From the NCBI RefSeq assembly GCF_048585465.1, contig NZ_CP183996.1: 32,000 nucleotides of DNA; one strand, given 5' to 3'. This document shows positions 18,306-26,064 of this stretch, piece after piece. The notes beneath the pieces were generated by a model, which saw nothing but the letters and a program-made list of their open reading frames with translations, was not told the origin of the DNA and ran no database searches. The position numbers and the translations under genes are program-made. How positions within the stretch are numbered: position 1 is the first letter of the stretch; each line of letters starts with the position of its first letter. This DNA comes from Escherichia coli (GTDB taxonomy: Bacteria > Pseudomonadota > Gammaproteobacteria > Enterobacterales > Enterobacteriaceae).

Positions 18306-19274
18306 ATGAGTGAAGTAACAGATTTAGTTGTTATTGAAAAATCAAATGCAATGACTGTATTTCAGTCTGCCGACCAGATTGAAGAAATCCTTCAAAAGGT
18401 TGAACGTGAAGTTATGTCCTTTGTGCCTGATATCACAACGGCAAAGGGCAGAAAGGAGATCGCTTCTCTGGCGTATAAAGTTGCGCAGACGAAAACATAT
18501 CTCGATGGTCTTGGCAAAGACCTTGTTGCTGAACTGAAGGAAATTCCAAAGCTCATTGATGCTAACCGCAAGACAGTGCGTGATCGCCTTGATGAGCTGA
18601 AAGCCAAGGCACGCCAGCCTCTTACTGATTATGAGGAAGAACAGGCGCGGATTAAAGCCGAAGAAGAAGCTAAGGCAGCAGCTGAAGCTCTCGCAAAGCA
18701 AATTGAGTCTGACCATGAAATAGCGATTTTGATGGATCGCGAATTTGACCGCCAAAGAGAAGAGGCAAGACTCAAAGCGGAGCAGGAAAAGCGAGAGCAT
18801 GAAGAACGCTTAAAAAGAGAAGCTGAAGAGAAAGCCAGAGCAGAAGCCGAAGCAAAGGCAAAAGCCGAAATTGAAGCAGCAGCAAGGCGAGAAGCAGAAG
18901 CTAAGGCCGCAGCGGAACGTGCAGAGCGTGAACGCATTGAAGCCGAGCAACGAGCACAGCGCGAAGCAAAAGAGGCAGCAGAACGAGCTGAAAGAGAAAA
19001 GCAGGCGGCAATTGAAGCAGAACGCCGAAAAGCACAGGAGGAGGCTGAACGAATCAGGCGCGAGGCTGAAGCAAAAGAGCAAGCCAGAATAGCAGAAGAA
19101 AAAAGAATCAAGGAAGAAGAAGAGCGTAGAGCAAAGGATAAAGCTCACCGGAAAGAAGTAAATAACAAAATACTTGCTGACCTTATCAAGGTTGGCGCAT
19201 CAGAAGATGTTGCTAAAAATATCATAACAGCCATCGTAAAAGGCGAAGTATTCGCAACAAAAATAACCTACTAA
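18306..19274 (+). CDS. Coiled-coil phage protein (often misannotated as TolA-like)
   Basis: 322 aa; conserved N-terminus, then a long Ala/Glu/Lys/Arg coiled coil, then a short C-terminal domain. Confidence 0.8.
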   Translation: MSEVTDLVVIEKSNAMTVFQSADQIEEILQKVEREVMSFVPDITTAKGRKEIASLAYKVAQTKTYLDGLGKDLVAELKEIPKLIDANRKTVRDRLDELKAKARQPLTDYEEEQARIKAEEEAKAAAEALAKQIESDHEIAILMDREFDRQREEARLKAEQEKREHEERLKREAEEKARAEAEAKAKAEIEAAARREAEAKAAAERAERERIEAEQRAQREAKEAAERAEREKQAAIEAERRKAQEEAERIRREAEAKEQARIAEEKRIKEEEERRAKDKAHRKEVNNKILADLIKVGASEDVAKNIITAIVKGEVFATKITY

Positions 19275-19298
19275 TAAAACCAACATAAGGAACCACCC

Positions 19299-19430
19299 AT
19301 GATTTACGCAATCGCGGGAGGCGCTCGCATGGGTGCCTTCCAACTAAATGAATCTTTACTTGAACGAATCACCCGTAAATTACGTGACGGATGGAAAAGA
19401 GTTGAGGTCTTATTATGCGCAATGAAATAG
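19299..19430 (+). CDS. cIII: CIII regulatory protein
   Basis: 43 aa MIYAIAGGARMGAFQLNESLLERITRKLRDGWKRVEVLLCAMK; core ESLLERITRKLRDGWKR as in lambda CIII. Not in ORF track because of its size. Confidence 0.9.
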   Translation: MIYAIAGGARMGAFQLNESLLERITRKLRDGWKRVEVLLCAMK

Positions 19431-19567
19431 CCATCAATCACCAGATGCTTCGTGCAGCACAAAACAAAGCAGTAATAGCAAGATTTATTGGTGATTCCAA
19501 AATGTGGCTTGAAGCAAATAAAGCGATGAAATCAGCGATCAACATTCCGTGGTATCGCAGGAAATGA
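19415..19567 (+). CDS. kil: Kil-like cell division inhibitor
   Basis: 50 aa MRNEIAINHQMLRAAQNKAVIARFIGDSKMWLEANKAMKSAINIPWYRRK; FIGD-KM-EA-A pattern shared with lambda Kil and same location after cIII. Confidence 0.8.
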   Translation: MRNEIAINHQMLRAAQNKAVIARFIGDSKMWLEANKAMKSAINIPWYRRK

Positions 19568-19734
19568 GTTTTACAGATAGCTGGTCAGACGAAGAATTCA
19601 TTCGTCAGATGAAAGAATTAATCGGTAACGAAGGAGATATTCATGTCACTTGCAACCACAGTGAAGGAGAGCAAGTTACAGAGACGCATGTACACGCAGC
19701 AGGCGTTAATGTATCGCCAGAAGGGAGATCGTGA
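19564..19734 (+). CDS. Small early phage protein
   Basis: 56 aa MSFTDSWSDEEFIRQMKELIGNEGDIHVTCNHSEGEQVTETHVHAAGVNVSPEGRS; ATGA-coupled to kil. Confidence 0.6.
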   Translation: MSFTDSWSDEEFIRQMKELIGNEGDIHVTCNHSEGEQVTETHVHAAGVNVSPEGRS

Positions 19735-19813
19735 AGGTGTTCGCGTATTTTTAAATGCGGCAAAGACTGAAGTATTAAATCAGCGTTATTTCCTTGGGCC
19801 ATGTCCATTCTGA
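19643..19813 (+). CDS. Small early phage protein overlapping the previous ORF in another frame
   Basis: 56 aa MSLATTVKESKLQRRMYTQQALMYRQKGDREGVRVFLNAAKTEVLNQRYFLGPCPF; AAGGAGATATTC ribosome-binding-site-like leader. Confidence 0.65.
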   Translation: MSLATTVKESKLQRRMYTQQALMYRQKGDREGVRVFLNAAKTEVLNQRYFLGPCPF

Positions 19814-19823
19814 GAACAAACAT

Positions 19824-20429
19824 ATGAGCAAAGAATTTTACGCAAGACTGGCAGCTATTCAGGAGAATCTGAACGCGCCAAAGAATCAGTACAACTCATT
19901 CGGCAAATATAAATACAGAAGCTGCGAAGATATTCTTGAAGGCGTTAAGCCGTTACTGAATGGCCTGTTTTTATCAATCAGCGATGAAGTTGTGTTGATT
20001 GGTGATCGGTATTACGTGAAAGCAACGGCAACTATTACCGATGGCGAAAACAGTCATACGGCAACCGCTCTTGCACGAGAGGAAGAAAGCAAGAAAGGAA
20101 TGGATTCTGCACAAGTTACTGGAGCTACAAGCTCTTATGCACGCAAGTATTGCCTCAATGGTTTGTTCGGCATTGATGATGCGAAAGATGCAGATACCGA
20201 CGAGCATAAACATCAGCAGAACGCAGCAGCAAAGCAATCAAAACCATCACCTACACCTGAACAGGTTCTAAAAGCATTCACTGACGCAGCATTGCAGAAA
20301 AACACCGTGGAAGAGCTTAAACAGGCGTTCGCCAAAGCGTGGAAGATGCTCGAAGGAACACCGGAGCAGCACAAAGCGCAGGACGTTTACAACATCAGAC
20401 GAGACGAATTAGAAGGAGCTGCTGCTTAA
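19824..20429 (+). CDS. erf: Erf-family ssDNA annealing recombinase
   Basis: MSKEFYARLAAIQENLNAPKNQYNSFGKYKYRSCEDILEGVKPLL...SAQVTGATSSYARKYCLNGLFGIDDAKDAD. Confidence 0.93.
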   Translation: MSKEFYARLAAIQENLNAPKNQYNSFGKYKYRSCEDILEGVKPLLNGLFLSISDEVVLIGDRYYVKATATITDGENSHTATALAREEESKKGMDSAQVTGATSSYARKYCLNGLFGIDDAKDADTDEHKHQQNAAAKQSKPSPTPEQVLKAFTDAALQKNTVEELKQAFAKAWKMLEGTPEQHKAQDVYNIRRDELEGAAA

Positions 20430-20812
20430 TGGCACATTCGATTACTGTAAGACTAAACAAGCCCGCAAGAGAGTTTCAGGCCGGGGAAAATATCGGATTC
20501 AACATCCGTGCTGGCGTTCAGTATTACGATCGCCAGACAAAAAAGAAAGAATGGACAAACTACAGCGCCGTTGTATTTGCCAAGCCGGGAGCGCAAGCGG
20601 ATTACTACCGTAGTGTTCTTGTTGAAGGTGGCATTGTGGAAATTACCGGAGAAAACATCAGGGTTGATGTTTATCAGGGGCAAAATGGTCAATCAATCAC
20701 TCTTGAATTACTGAATGCAAAGATTGGATTTGCAACTTCAGGAAACAGCCAACAGCAGCAAAGTAGCAATCATCAAAATCATCCTGAATACGACGATTCA
20801 ATCCCCTTCTAG
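20429..20812 (+). CDS. ssb: Single-stranded DNA-binding protein (phage type)
   Basis: 127 aa ending in the acidic tip DDSIPF; directly coupled to erf. Confidence 0.8.
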   Translation: MAHSITVRLNKPAREFQAGENIGFNIRAGVQYYDRQTKKKEWTNYSAVVFAKPGAQADYYRSVLVEGGIVEITGENIRVDVYQGQNGQSITLELLNAKIGFATSGNSQQQQSSNHQNHPEYDDSIPF

Positions 20813-20836
20813 ATTAGCAAAATAAGGATTCCATTA

Positions 20837-21129
20837 TGCCAGCGCCTCTGTATGGTGCGGATGACCCGCGCCGCTGTTCCGGCAATTCCGTATCGGAGGT
20901 GCTGGATAAATTCAGGAAAAACTACGACCTGATAATGTCTCTACCGCAGGAAACGAAAGAGGAAAAGGAATTTCGCCATTGTATATGGCTTGCAGAGAAA
21001 GAAGAACGCGAGCGAATTTACCAGACATCAATCCGCCCATTACGCAAAGCCACATATACCCACTTCCCTGAAATTGACCCGCGCCTGCGTAATTACCGCT
21101 CACGCTATGGCGCTATCAGTAATGACTGA
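20837..21129 (+). CDS. abc2: Abc2-like anti-RecBCD protein
   Basis: MPAPLYGADDPRRCSGNSVSEVLDKFRKNYDLIMSLPQETKEEKEFRHCIWLAEKEERERIYQTSIRPLRKATYTHFPEIDPRLRNYRSRYGAISND, closely P22 Abc2-like. Confidence 0.88.
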
Positions 21130-21139
21130 GGAATTAACA

Positions 21140-21430
21140 ATGAAAACAATGAAGCTAAACATCGACCTCGGAAAATACGTTATTACCGGAACCAAACACG
21201 ATCTGATTCTTAGCGAAAGAGGAATTATTAAAGAAGGCGAGAATGCAGGGAAAGAAACACTAAGTCGTATCGGTTATTACAGCAAGTTTGAGCATCTGGT
21301 TAAAGAGTTATGCAACCGTGAAATCCTGTTATCTCAGGCGCAGACGCTACAGGATATTCAGCAGCATATCGAGACTTTAGGTGTGTCACTTAGCATGGCT
21401 ATTGACCAGCTCGTGGAGAGTAAATCATGA
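21140..21430 (+). CDS. DUF5405-like phage protein
   Basis: [63 protein letters not shown]; start set at internal Met. Confidence 0.7.
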   Translation: MKTMKLNIDLGKYVITGTKHDLILSERGIIKEGENAGKETLSRIGYYSKFEHLVKELCNREILLSQAQTLQDIQQHIETLGVSLSMAIDQLVESKS

Positions 21431-21594
21431 GAGGACTTGCATACAATCCCGGCATTCTTCCGGCAGAAATGATTATTCGCCAACGCGTAAAGCCAATGCC
21501 ATCGAGAGAGGAATTGCTTAAGAGAAATTCTTTTCCGTCAGTAAATCAAAACAAATATCTGAATGCTATGTGGCGCAAAGGAGGCAAGCAGTGA
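21427..21594 (+). CDS. Small conserved phage protein (DUF2737-like)
   Basis: 55 aa [55 protein letters not shown]. Confidence 0.65.
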   Translation: MRGLAYNPGILPAEMIIRQRVKPMPSREELLKRNSFPSVNQNKYLNAMWRKGGKQ

Positions 21595-22109
21595 GCAAGA
21601 TTGACTATCAGGCACTGCGTGAGGCGGCAGTGAAAGCCGGTAAAGATAAGTGGCAAGCTAAAAAAAAAATAAACGGTGATTTTTTCGTTATTCGTCACGG
21701 TAGTTATACAAGACAGCATGGCTACACATCGTATCAACCCATTGCGGAGATTGGTTGTAAGCCAGTCCGGGATTTTGTTGCCAGGGCTAATCCGGCTACC
21801 GTGCTTGCACTACTGGATGAACGGGAAAGAAACCAGCAATACATCAAACGCCGCGACCAAGAGAACGAGGATATTGCGTTAACGGTAGGGAAGTTGCGCG
21901 TTGAGCTTGAGGCAGAAAAACAGCGGGCAAAGGATCTGTTTATGGAAAATGCTCGGCTTAAGTCAGGTATAGCCGGTCTGATACACCTCGGTATTCGATA
22001 TGCAGATGTTGAGGTCATGAGAATTGCTGGAGATGCCCAGCTTTCTACCCCATGCACTGACAGCATCATAAACAGCATTGCAACAGGCATTCGCATCAAA
22101 GGAGAGTGA
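21591..22109 (+). CDS. Ead/Ea22-like phage protein
   Basis: GTG start (GTGA overlap); [20 protein letters not shown]...GDFFVIRH...[34 protein letters not shown]. Confidence 0.8.
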   Translation: MSKIDYQALREAAVKAGKDKWQAKKKINGDFFVIRHGSYTRQHGYTSYQPIAEIGCKPVRDFVARANPATVLALLDERERNQQYIKRRDQENEDIALTVGKLRVELEAEKQRAKDLFMENARLKSGIAGLIHLGIRYADVEVMRIAGDAQLSTPCTDSIINSIATGIRIKGE

Positions 22110-22110
22110 T

Positions 22111-22779
22111 ATGAGCGCTATAACCAAAGAACGTATCAAATTATTCATTAAAAATCCGCTTGATAACGGACTTACTCGTGGCGAACAAATGGAACTGGCA
22201 CGAATTGCACTGGCATCACTGGAACGCGAACAGATTCGCCACGAGCATGCCAAATGGTCTGACTCCACATTTGGCTGCGTTGGCCCCATTGGTCCGCTGA
22301 AACATCTCTCAAAAGAGGCACTTGAAGCCGCAGCCGAACCAGACGATCTTAGCGAGTGGGCTGATATGCAGTTTCTGTTGTGGGATGCACAGCGCCGTGC
22401 TGGCATCAGCGATGCTGAAATTACCGCTGCTATGGAAGATAAATTGAAGATCAACATGGAGCGCCAGTGGCCTGAGCCAAAAGATGGTGAGCCTCGCTTG
22501 CACATTAAAGAACCCGGCAACTATCCGGTAACTCCGGATGGTTGGATAAGCTGTAGTGAGCGAATGCCAGAAATGGGAGAGCGACAATGCTATGTGTTAG
22601 CAGCTGACTTTAAAAACAACTACCCACCAAACATCCCCAACACTCAGGTCGGCGTATATGTCGACTGGTTTAATGATGGCAATCCAACTTGGGATGACGG
22701 TGATGGCGAAGACCTGTATCTCAAAGAGGTAACCCACTGGATGCCTCTACCAGAACCGCCTCGATTAAAGGAGCTATAA
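22111..22779 (+). CDS. Ea-type early protein with DUF551-like C-terminal domain
   Basis: MSAITKERIKLFIKNPLDNGLTRGEQMELARIALASLE...DGWISCSERMPEMGERQCYVLAAD...VTHWMPLPEPP. Confidence 0.75.
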   Translation: MSAITKERIKLFIKNPLDNGLTRGEQMELARIALASLEREQIRHEHAKWSDSTFGCVGPIGPLKHLSKEALEAAAEPDDLSEWADMQFLLWDAQRRAGISDAEITAAMEDKLKINMERQWPEPKDGEPRLHIKEPGNYPVTPDGWISCSERMPEMGERQCYVLAADFKNNYPPNIPNTQVGVYVDWFNDGNPTWDDGDGEDLYLKEVTHWMPLPEPPRLKEL

Positions 22780-22893
22780 TAGTGAACTATTATATCTATT
22801 TGTATTAAAAGAGTTTTTATAAAATAAATCTTCCAAAGCATGTAAAAACACTGTTAATCTTAACGTGTGTGAAACGTGAAGAGAGGTGTTGAA

Positions 22894-23175
22894 ATGAGCA
22901 TTCATGATTTGTGTGAAGATCAAGAGCAATGGGCTATGCAGACCCTTATGGGATCAGGAGTTCTTGCAAGGTGCAGAATCCATAACGATGTAATTTTAGA
23001 CAGCGGAAATGATGCTTCTTCTGCTTATAAATTAGGAACTTACCTATATCAAAAAGATAATAGCTGCAACTTATTCAATACTCTTACTGAAGCCCGCGAC
23101 GCAATAAAGGATGCATATGAATCGTATTGTGGGATTGATGATTGCCCACAATGCTCAAAATACATTGACGATTAA
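22894..23175 (+). CDS. Hypothetical accessory phage protein
   Basis: MSIHDLCEDQEQWAMQTLMGSGVLARCRIHNDVILDSGNDASSAYKLGTYLYQKDNSCNLF..., RBS-like AGAGAGG upstream. Confidence 0.6.
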   Translation: MSIHDLCEDQEQWAMQTLMGSGVLARCRIHNDVILDSGNDASSAYKLGTYLYQKDNSCNLFNTLTEARDAIKDAYESYCGIDDCPQCSKYIDD

Positions 23176-23195
23176 TAATATGAACAAGTAACTAT

Positions 23196-23220
23196 CCTCG
23201 CACTCGCGGGGATTTCTTTT
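23196..23220 (+). terminator. Intrinsic terminator
   Basis: CCTCGCACTCGCGGGGATTTCTTTT. Confidence 0.65.
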
Positions 23221-23227
23221 ATCTGAA

Positions 23228-23250
23228 CTCGCTACGGCGGGTTTTGTTTT
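23228..23250 (+). terminator. Intrinsic terminator (tandem)
   Basis: CTCGCTACGGCGGGTTTTGTTTT. Confidence 0.6.
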
Positions 23251-23263
23251 ATGGAGATGATAA

Positions 23264-23431
23264 ATGCACTTTCGAGTCACAGGTGAATGGAATGGAGAGC
23301 CATTCAACAGAGTTATCGAAGCAGAGAACATCAATGACTGCTATGACCACTGGATGCTATGGGCGCAGATAGCGCATGCAGACATAACCAATATTCGAAT
23401 TGAAGAACTGAAAGAACACCAAGCCGCCTGA
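23264..23431 (+). CDS. Small phage protein of unknown function
   Basis: 55 aa MHFRVTGEWNGEPFNRVIEAENINDCYDHWMLWAQIAHADITNIRIEELKEHQAA, followed by GCCGCCTGATGGCGGTTTTTT terminator. Confidence 0.65.
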   Translation: MHFRVTGEWNGEPFNRVIEAENINDCYDHWMLWAQIAHADITNIRIEELKEHQAA

Positions 23432-23443
23432 TGGCGGTTTTTT
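23424..23443 (+). terminator. Intrinsic terminator upstream of torI
   Basis: GCCGCCTGATGGCGGTTTTTT. Confidence 0.75.
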
Positions 23444-23488
23444 ATTACCTGATTTGCAGGTTCGATTCCCTATTCGGAGATAGCACTC

Positions 23489-23689
23489 ATGCAACACGAA
23501 CTACAGCCTGATTCACTGGTTGATTTGAAATTCATCATGGCCGATACTGGCTTCGGTAAAACCTTCATCTATGACCGGATTAAGTCCGGCGACCTGCCAA
23601 AAGCCAAAGTTATCCACGGGCGAGCAAGATGGTTATATCGTGACCATTGTGAATTCAAAAATAAGCTCTTAAGCCGCGCCAATGGGTAA
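23489..23689 (+). CDS. torI: TorI-type recombination directionality factor (excisionase)
   Basis: 66 aa MQHELQPDSLVDLKFIMADTGFGKTFIYDRIKSGDLPKAKVIHGRARWLYRDHCEFKNKLLSRANG, matches the KplE1 prophage TorI as remembered. Confidence 0.93.
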   Translation: MQHELQPDSLVDLKFIMADTGFGKTFIYDRIKSGDLPKAKVIHGRARWLYRDHCEFKNKLLSRANG

Positions 23690-23762
23690 AATAGCGGGTA
23701 AAATATTTCTCACATCTAAAAAATACCATTCTAATCAATCCCCTGCCGCTTCAAGTAGATGT

Positions 23763-23778
23763 CTGCAGGGGACACCAT
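23763..23778 (+). other. Putative attachment-site core (argW 3'-end-like), junction of two elements
   Basis: CTGCAGGGGACACCAT matches the remembered 3' end of tRNA argW; it lies between a prophage excisionase and a second integrase. Confidence 0.65.
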
Positions 23779-23937
23779 GAACACTTCTCACTAAGTTCAA
23801 TTAATTCCATAACTCACTGTTTTAACTGATATCATCTCCTTATACTCGTCCAGCAAAGTACCATTATTTCTAATGGAATCTATACATCTTTGCGTATAAC
23901 ATTGTGTATAACTGAGTTCGATCTTTTTTCTATACAC

Positions 23938-25113
23938 ATGCTGCTATCTGACATCCAAATAAAAAGAGCAAAACCGAAGGACAAACCCTATACGCTTAAC
24001 GATGGTATGGGGCTATCACTCCTGATCGACACAGCGGGCAGTAAAGGCTGGCGTTTTCGCTATCGCTTTGCAGGTAAGCCTAAGATGATTTCCTTTGGCG
24101 TATATGGCGATGTGTCGTTGGCACAGGCACGTACCAAACGTGATGAAGCGCGTTCGATGTTAGCCAACGGGATAAACCCAAGTGAAGCCAGAAAAGCAGA
24201 TAAGATTGCTTTGCAGTTCGCGCATGAGAACAGCTTTGAGTCTGTGGCCAGAGAATGGCACTCATCGAAAAAAGCCACCTGGTCAGAGGGTTATGCAAAA
24301 GAGGTTCTCAATTGTATGGAAAAGGATATTTTTCCTTTTATCGGCCAGCGCCCAATTGAGCAGATTGAACCATTAGAACTGCTAACCGTCCTGCAAAAAA
24401 TAGAGAAAAGAGGTGCGCTAGAGCAAACCAGTAAGATCCGCCGCCGCTGTGGTGAAGTGCTTCGTTATGCTGTTGCCACTGGTAGAGCAAAGTATAATTT
24501 TGCACCCGATTTAGCTATCGCACTCAACAAACCTAAAACCCAACACTTCCCGTTCCTGACTGAAAGCGAGTTGCCCGAGTTCGTTAATGCTCTGGATAAC
24601 TATCAGGGCAGTTTAGTTACCAAATACGCCACGCAGCTGTTGATGCTAACAGGCGTGCGAACAATTGAACTACGTGCAGCGGAATGGGCTGAGTTTGATT
24701 TAGATAATGCCTTATGGGAGATCCCCAAAGAACGGATGAAGAAACGCCGCCCCCATCTGGTTCCGTTATCAACTCAGGCGATCAATATCCTGAAAAAGCT
24801 GCAAGAAATAACAGGGAATTACAGCCTCGTTTTCCCTGGCCGGAATGACGTCAGTAAACCAATGAGCGAAGCCAGCATCAACAAAGTGATAAAACTACTG
24901 GGTTATCACGGTCGGTTAACGGGTCACGGTTTCAGGCATACCATGAGCACCATCTTGCATGAGCATGGGTTTGAAAGTGCCTGGATTGAAATGCAGCTTG
25001 CGCATGTTGATAAGAACTCTATTCGAGGTACTTACAATCATGCGCAATATATTAAAGATCGACAAGTAATGATGGAATGGTACGCTAGCTTATTAAATAC
25101 GACCTGCTATTAA
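23938..25113 (+). CDS. P4/IntS-type tyrosine recombinase (integrase)
   Basis: MLLSDIQIKRAKPKDKPYTLNDGMGLSLLIDTAGSKGWRFRYRF...LTGVRTIELRAAEW...GHGFRHTMSTILHEHGF...IQLAHV-like...Y; start set at MLLSD (track start 23890). Confidence 0.94.
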   Translation: MLLSDIQIKRAKPKDKPYTLNDGMGLSLLIDTAGSKGWRFRYRFAGKPKMISFGVYGDVSLAQARTKRDEARSMLANGINPSEARKADKIALQFAHENSFESVAREWHSSKKATWSEGYAKEVLNCMEKDIFPFIGQRPIEQIEPLELLTVLQKIEKRGALEQTSKIRRRCGEVLRYAVATGRAKYNFAPDLAIALNKPKTQHFPFLTESELPEFVNALDNYQGSLVTKYATQLLMLTGVRTIELRAAEWAEFDLDNALWEIPKERMKKRRPHLVPLSTQAINILKKLQEITGNYSLVFPGRNDVSKPMSEASINKVIKLLGYHGRLTGHGFRHTMSTILHEHGFESAWIEMQLAHVDKNSIRGTYNHAQYIKDRQVMMEWYASLLNTTCY

Positions 25114-26043
25114 ATCCAGCATGAAACAAATATGGTGAGTAATTTGATACTGTTTGTTTTTTGGCAACCCAGGGAAATGCCTTACAGTTGGTTGACTATT
25201 GTAATAATAATAGTTAAGACCAATGTTGCTGCCAAACTGGGTTGGATGTTGGGGAACAAGATTTGTAATTTGATCTGAAACATCTAAAAATTTTGCAGTA
25301 ACATTTGAACTTCCTCGTTGCGTGTTGCTTGATACAAAATGACGAATCCAAACTGTATTCGCTTGTAAATTCTTGAACACCAAATGTGCGGCAACAGCAG
25401 AAGGTTGACCACCTCCAAGATCTAGTACCTGGCCAGTAATTGTATAATCGCCAAATCCTAAGTAATTTTGTCCCACGAATTGATGTGCGTGCGTGAAAAG
25501 TTCCGGCCCATTATAATCAGCATTTTTTGCTAACTTTCTAAAGTTATCGCTAATAATAATTAACTTCGACAAAGGAAGAAGAGCGCACTGATTAGGAAGC
25601 ATTTTATTATTTAAAACAACATGATAACTAATCAATTGATTTGTCGCCAACAACTGAATATCAGAGTTGGATAATGATGGATTATCATATAGAAGTGCAA
25701 CTCGTCTATTTAAGTTAGCATTCAACCAATTATTAATATCATTAATCGTTGTATTGGGCTGAATAAGATATCCAGAGATGATATTATTTTTATTTGTTAA
25801 TACACTTGATAAATTTTGATTTAAAGTTAAGACGTTATTGTGTGAAGAAAAATCTTCCTGATAAGGATTAAGGATAACAATTATGTCAGAATTCCAAACA
25901 TTTAAACATGTTAATAAATTTCTCGTATTGACGTTAATTGGTTCTAAAATTGGTAGCAGACCATTTAGGCTAACTCCCTTCGCAACGAGGTCCCTAAGGC
26001 ATAATAACTCTGTACTTCTCGCATACAAATATGGGCTATACAT
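25093..26043 (-). CDS. sce7725/Beta-family-like protein
   Basis: 316 aa MYSPYLYARSTELLCLRDLVAKGVSLNGLLPILEPINVNTRNLLTCLNVWNSDIIVILNPYQEDF; convergent with and overlapping int by 21 bp. Confidence 0.75.
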   Translation of the reverse strand: MYSPYLYARSTELLCLRDLVAKGVSLNGLLPILEPINVNTRNLLTCLNVWNSDIIVILNPYQEDFSSHNNVLTLNQNLSSVLTNKNNIISGYLIQPNTTINDINNWLNANLNRRVALLYDNPSLSNSDIQLLATNQLISYHVVLNNKMLPNQCALLPLSKLIIISDNFRKLAKNADYNGPELFTHAHQFVGQNYLGFGDYTITGQVLDLGGGQPSAVAAHLVFKNLQANTVWIRHFVSSNTQRGSSNVTAKFLDVSDQITNLVPQHPTQFGSNIGLNYYYYNSQPTVRHFPGLPKNKQYQITHHICFMLDLIAGRI

Positions 26044-26064
26044 AACTTACAACTCCTGAGGATA

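Noticed and set aside
18342-19148. Long opposite-strand ORFs (18342..18800, 18629..19111, 18810..19148, minus).
   Set aside because: Antisense frames of a repetitive Ala/Glu/Lys coiled-coil gene; composition (Ser/Ala or Phe/Cys rich) is an artefact of GCN/GAR codons.
18306-19274. Annotation as TolA cell-envelope protein.
   Set aside because: The similarity is only the Ala/Glu/Lys coiled-coil composition; the N-terminal domain and PL-operon location indicate a phage early protein.
23454-23469. T-arm-like sequence as the true attR.
   Set aside because: That would place the excisionase outside its prophage; the argW 3'-end-like core at 23763..23778 fits the gene layout better. Kept as a separate observation.
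23890-23937. Longer N-terminus of integrase (MRITLCITEFDLFSIH).
   Set aside because: P4/IntS-type integrases usually begin just before xxIKxAKPKDKPY; the extra part overlaps direct repeats and promoter-like AT-rich DNA, so 23938 is preferred.
23938-25113. The integrase as that of the P22-like prophage.
   Set aside because: It is adjacent to the excisionase across a core site; in this phage type int and torI are at opposite prophage ends, and the following genes are P4-like, so it is assigned to the second element.
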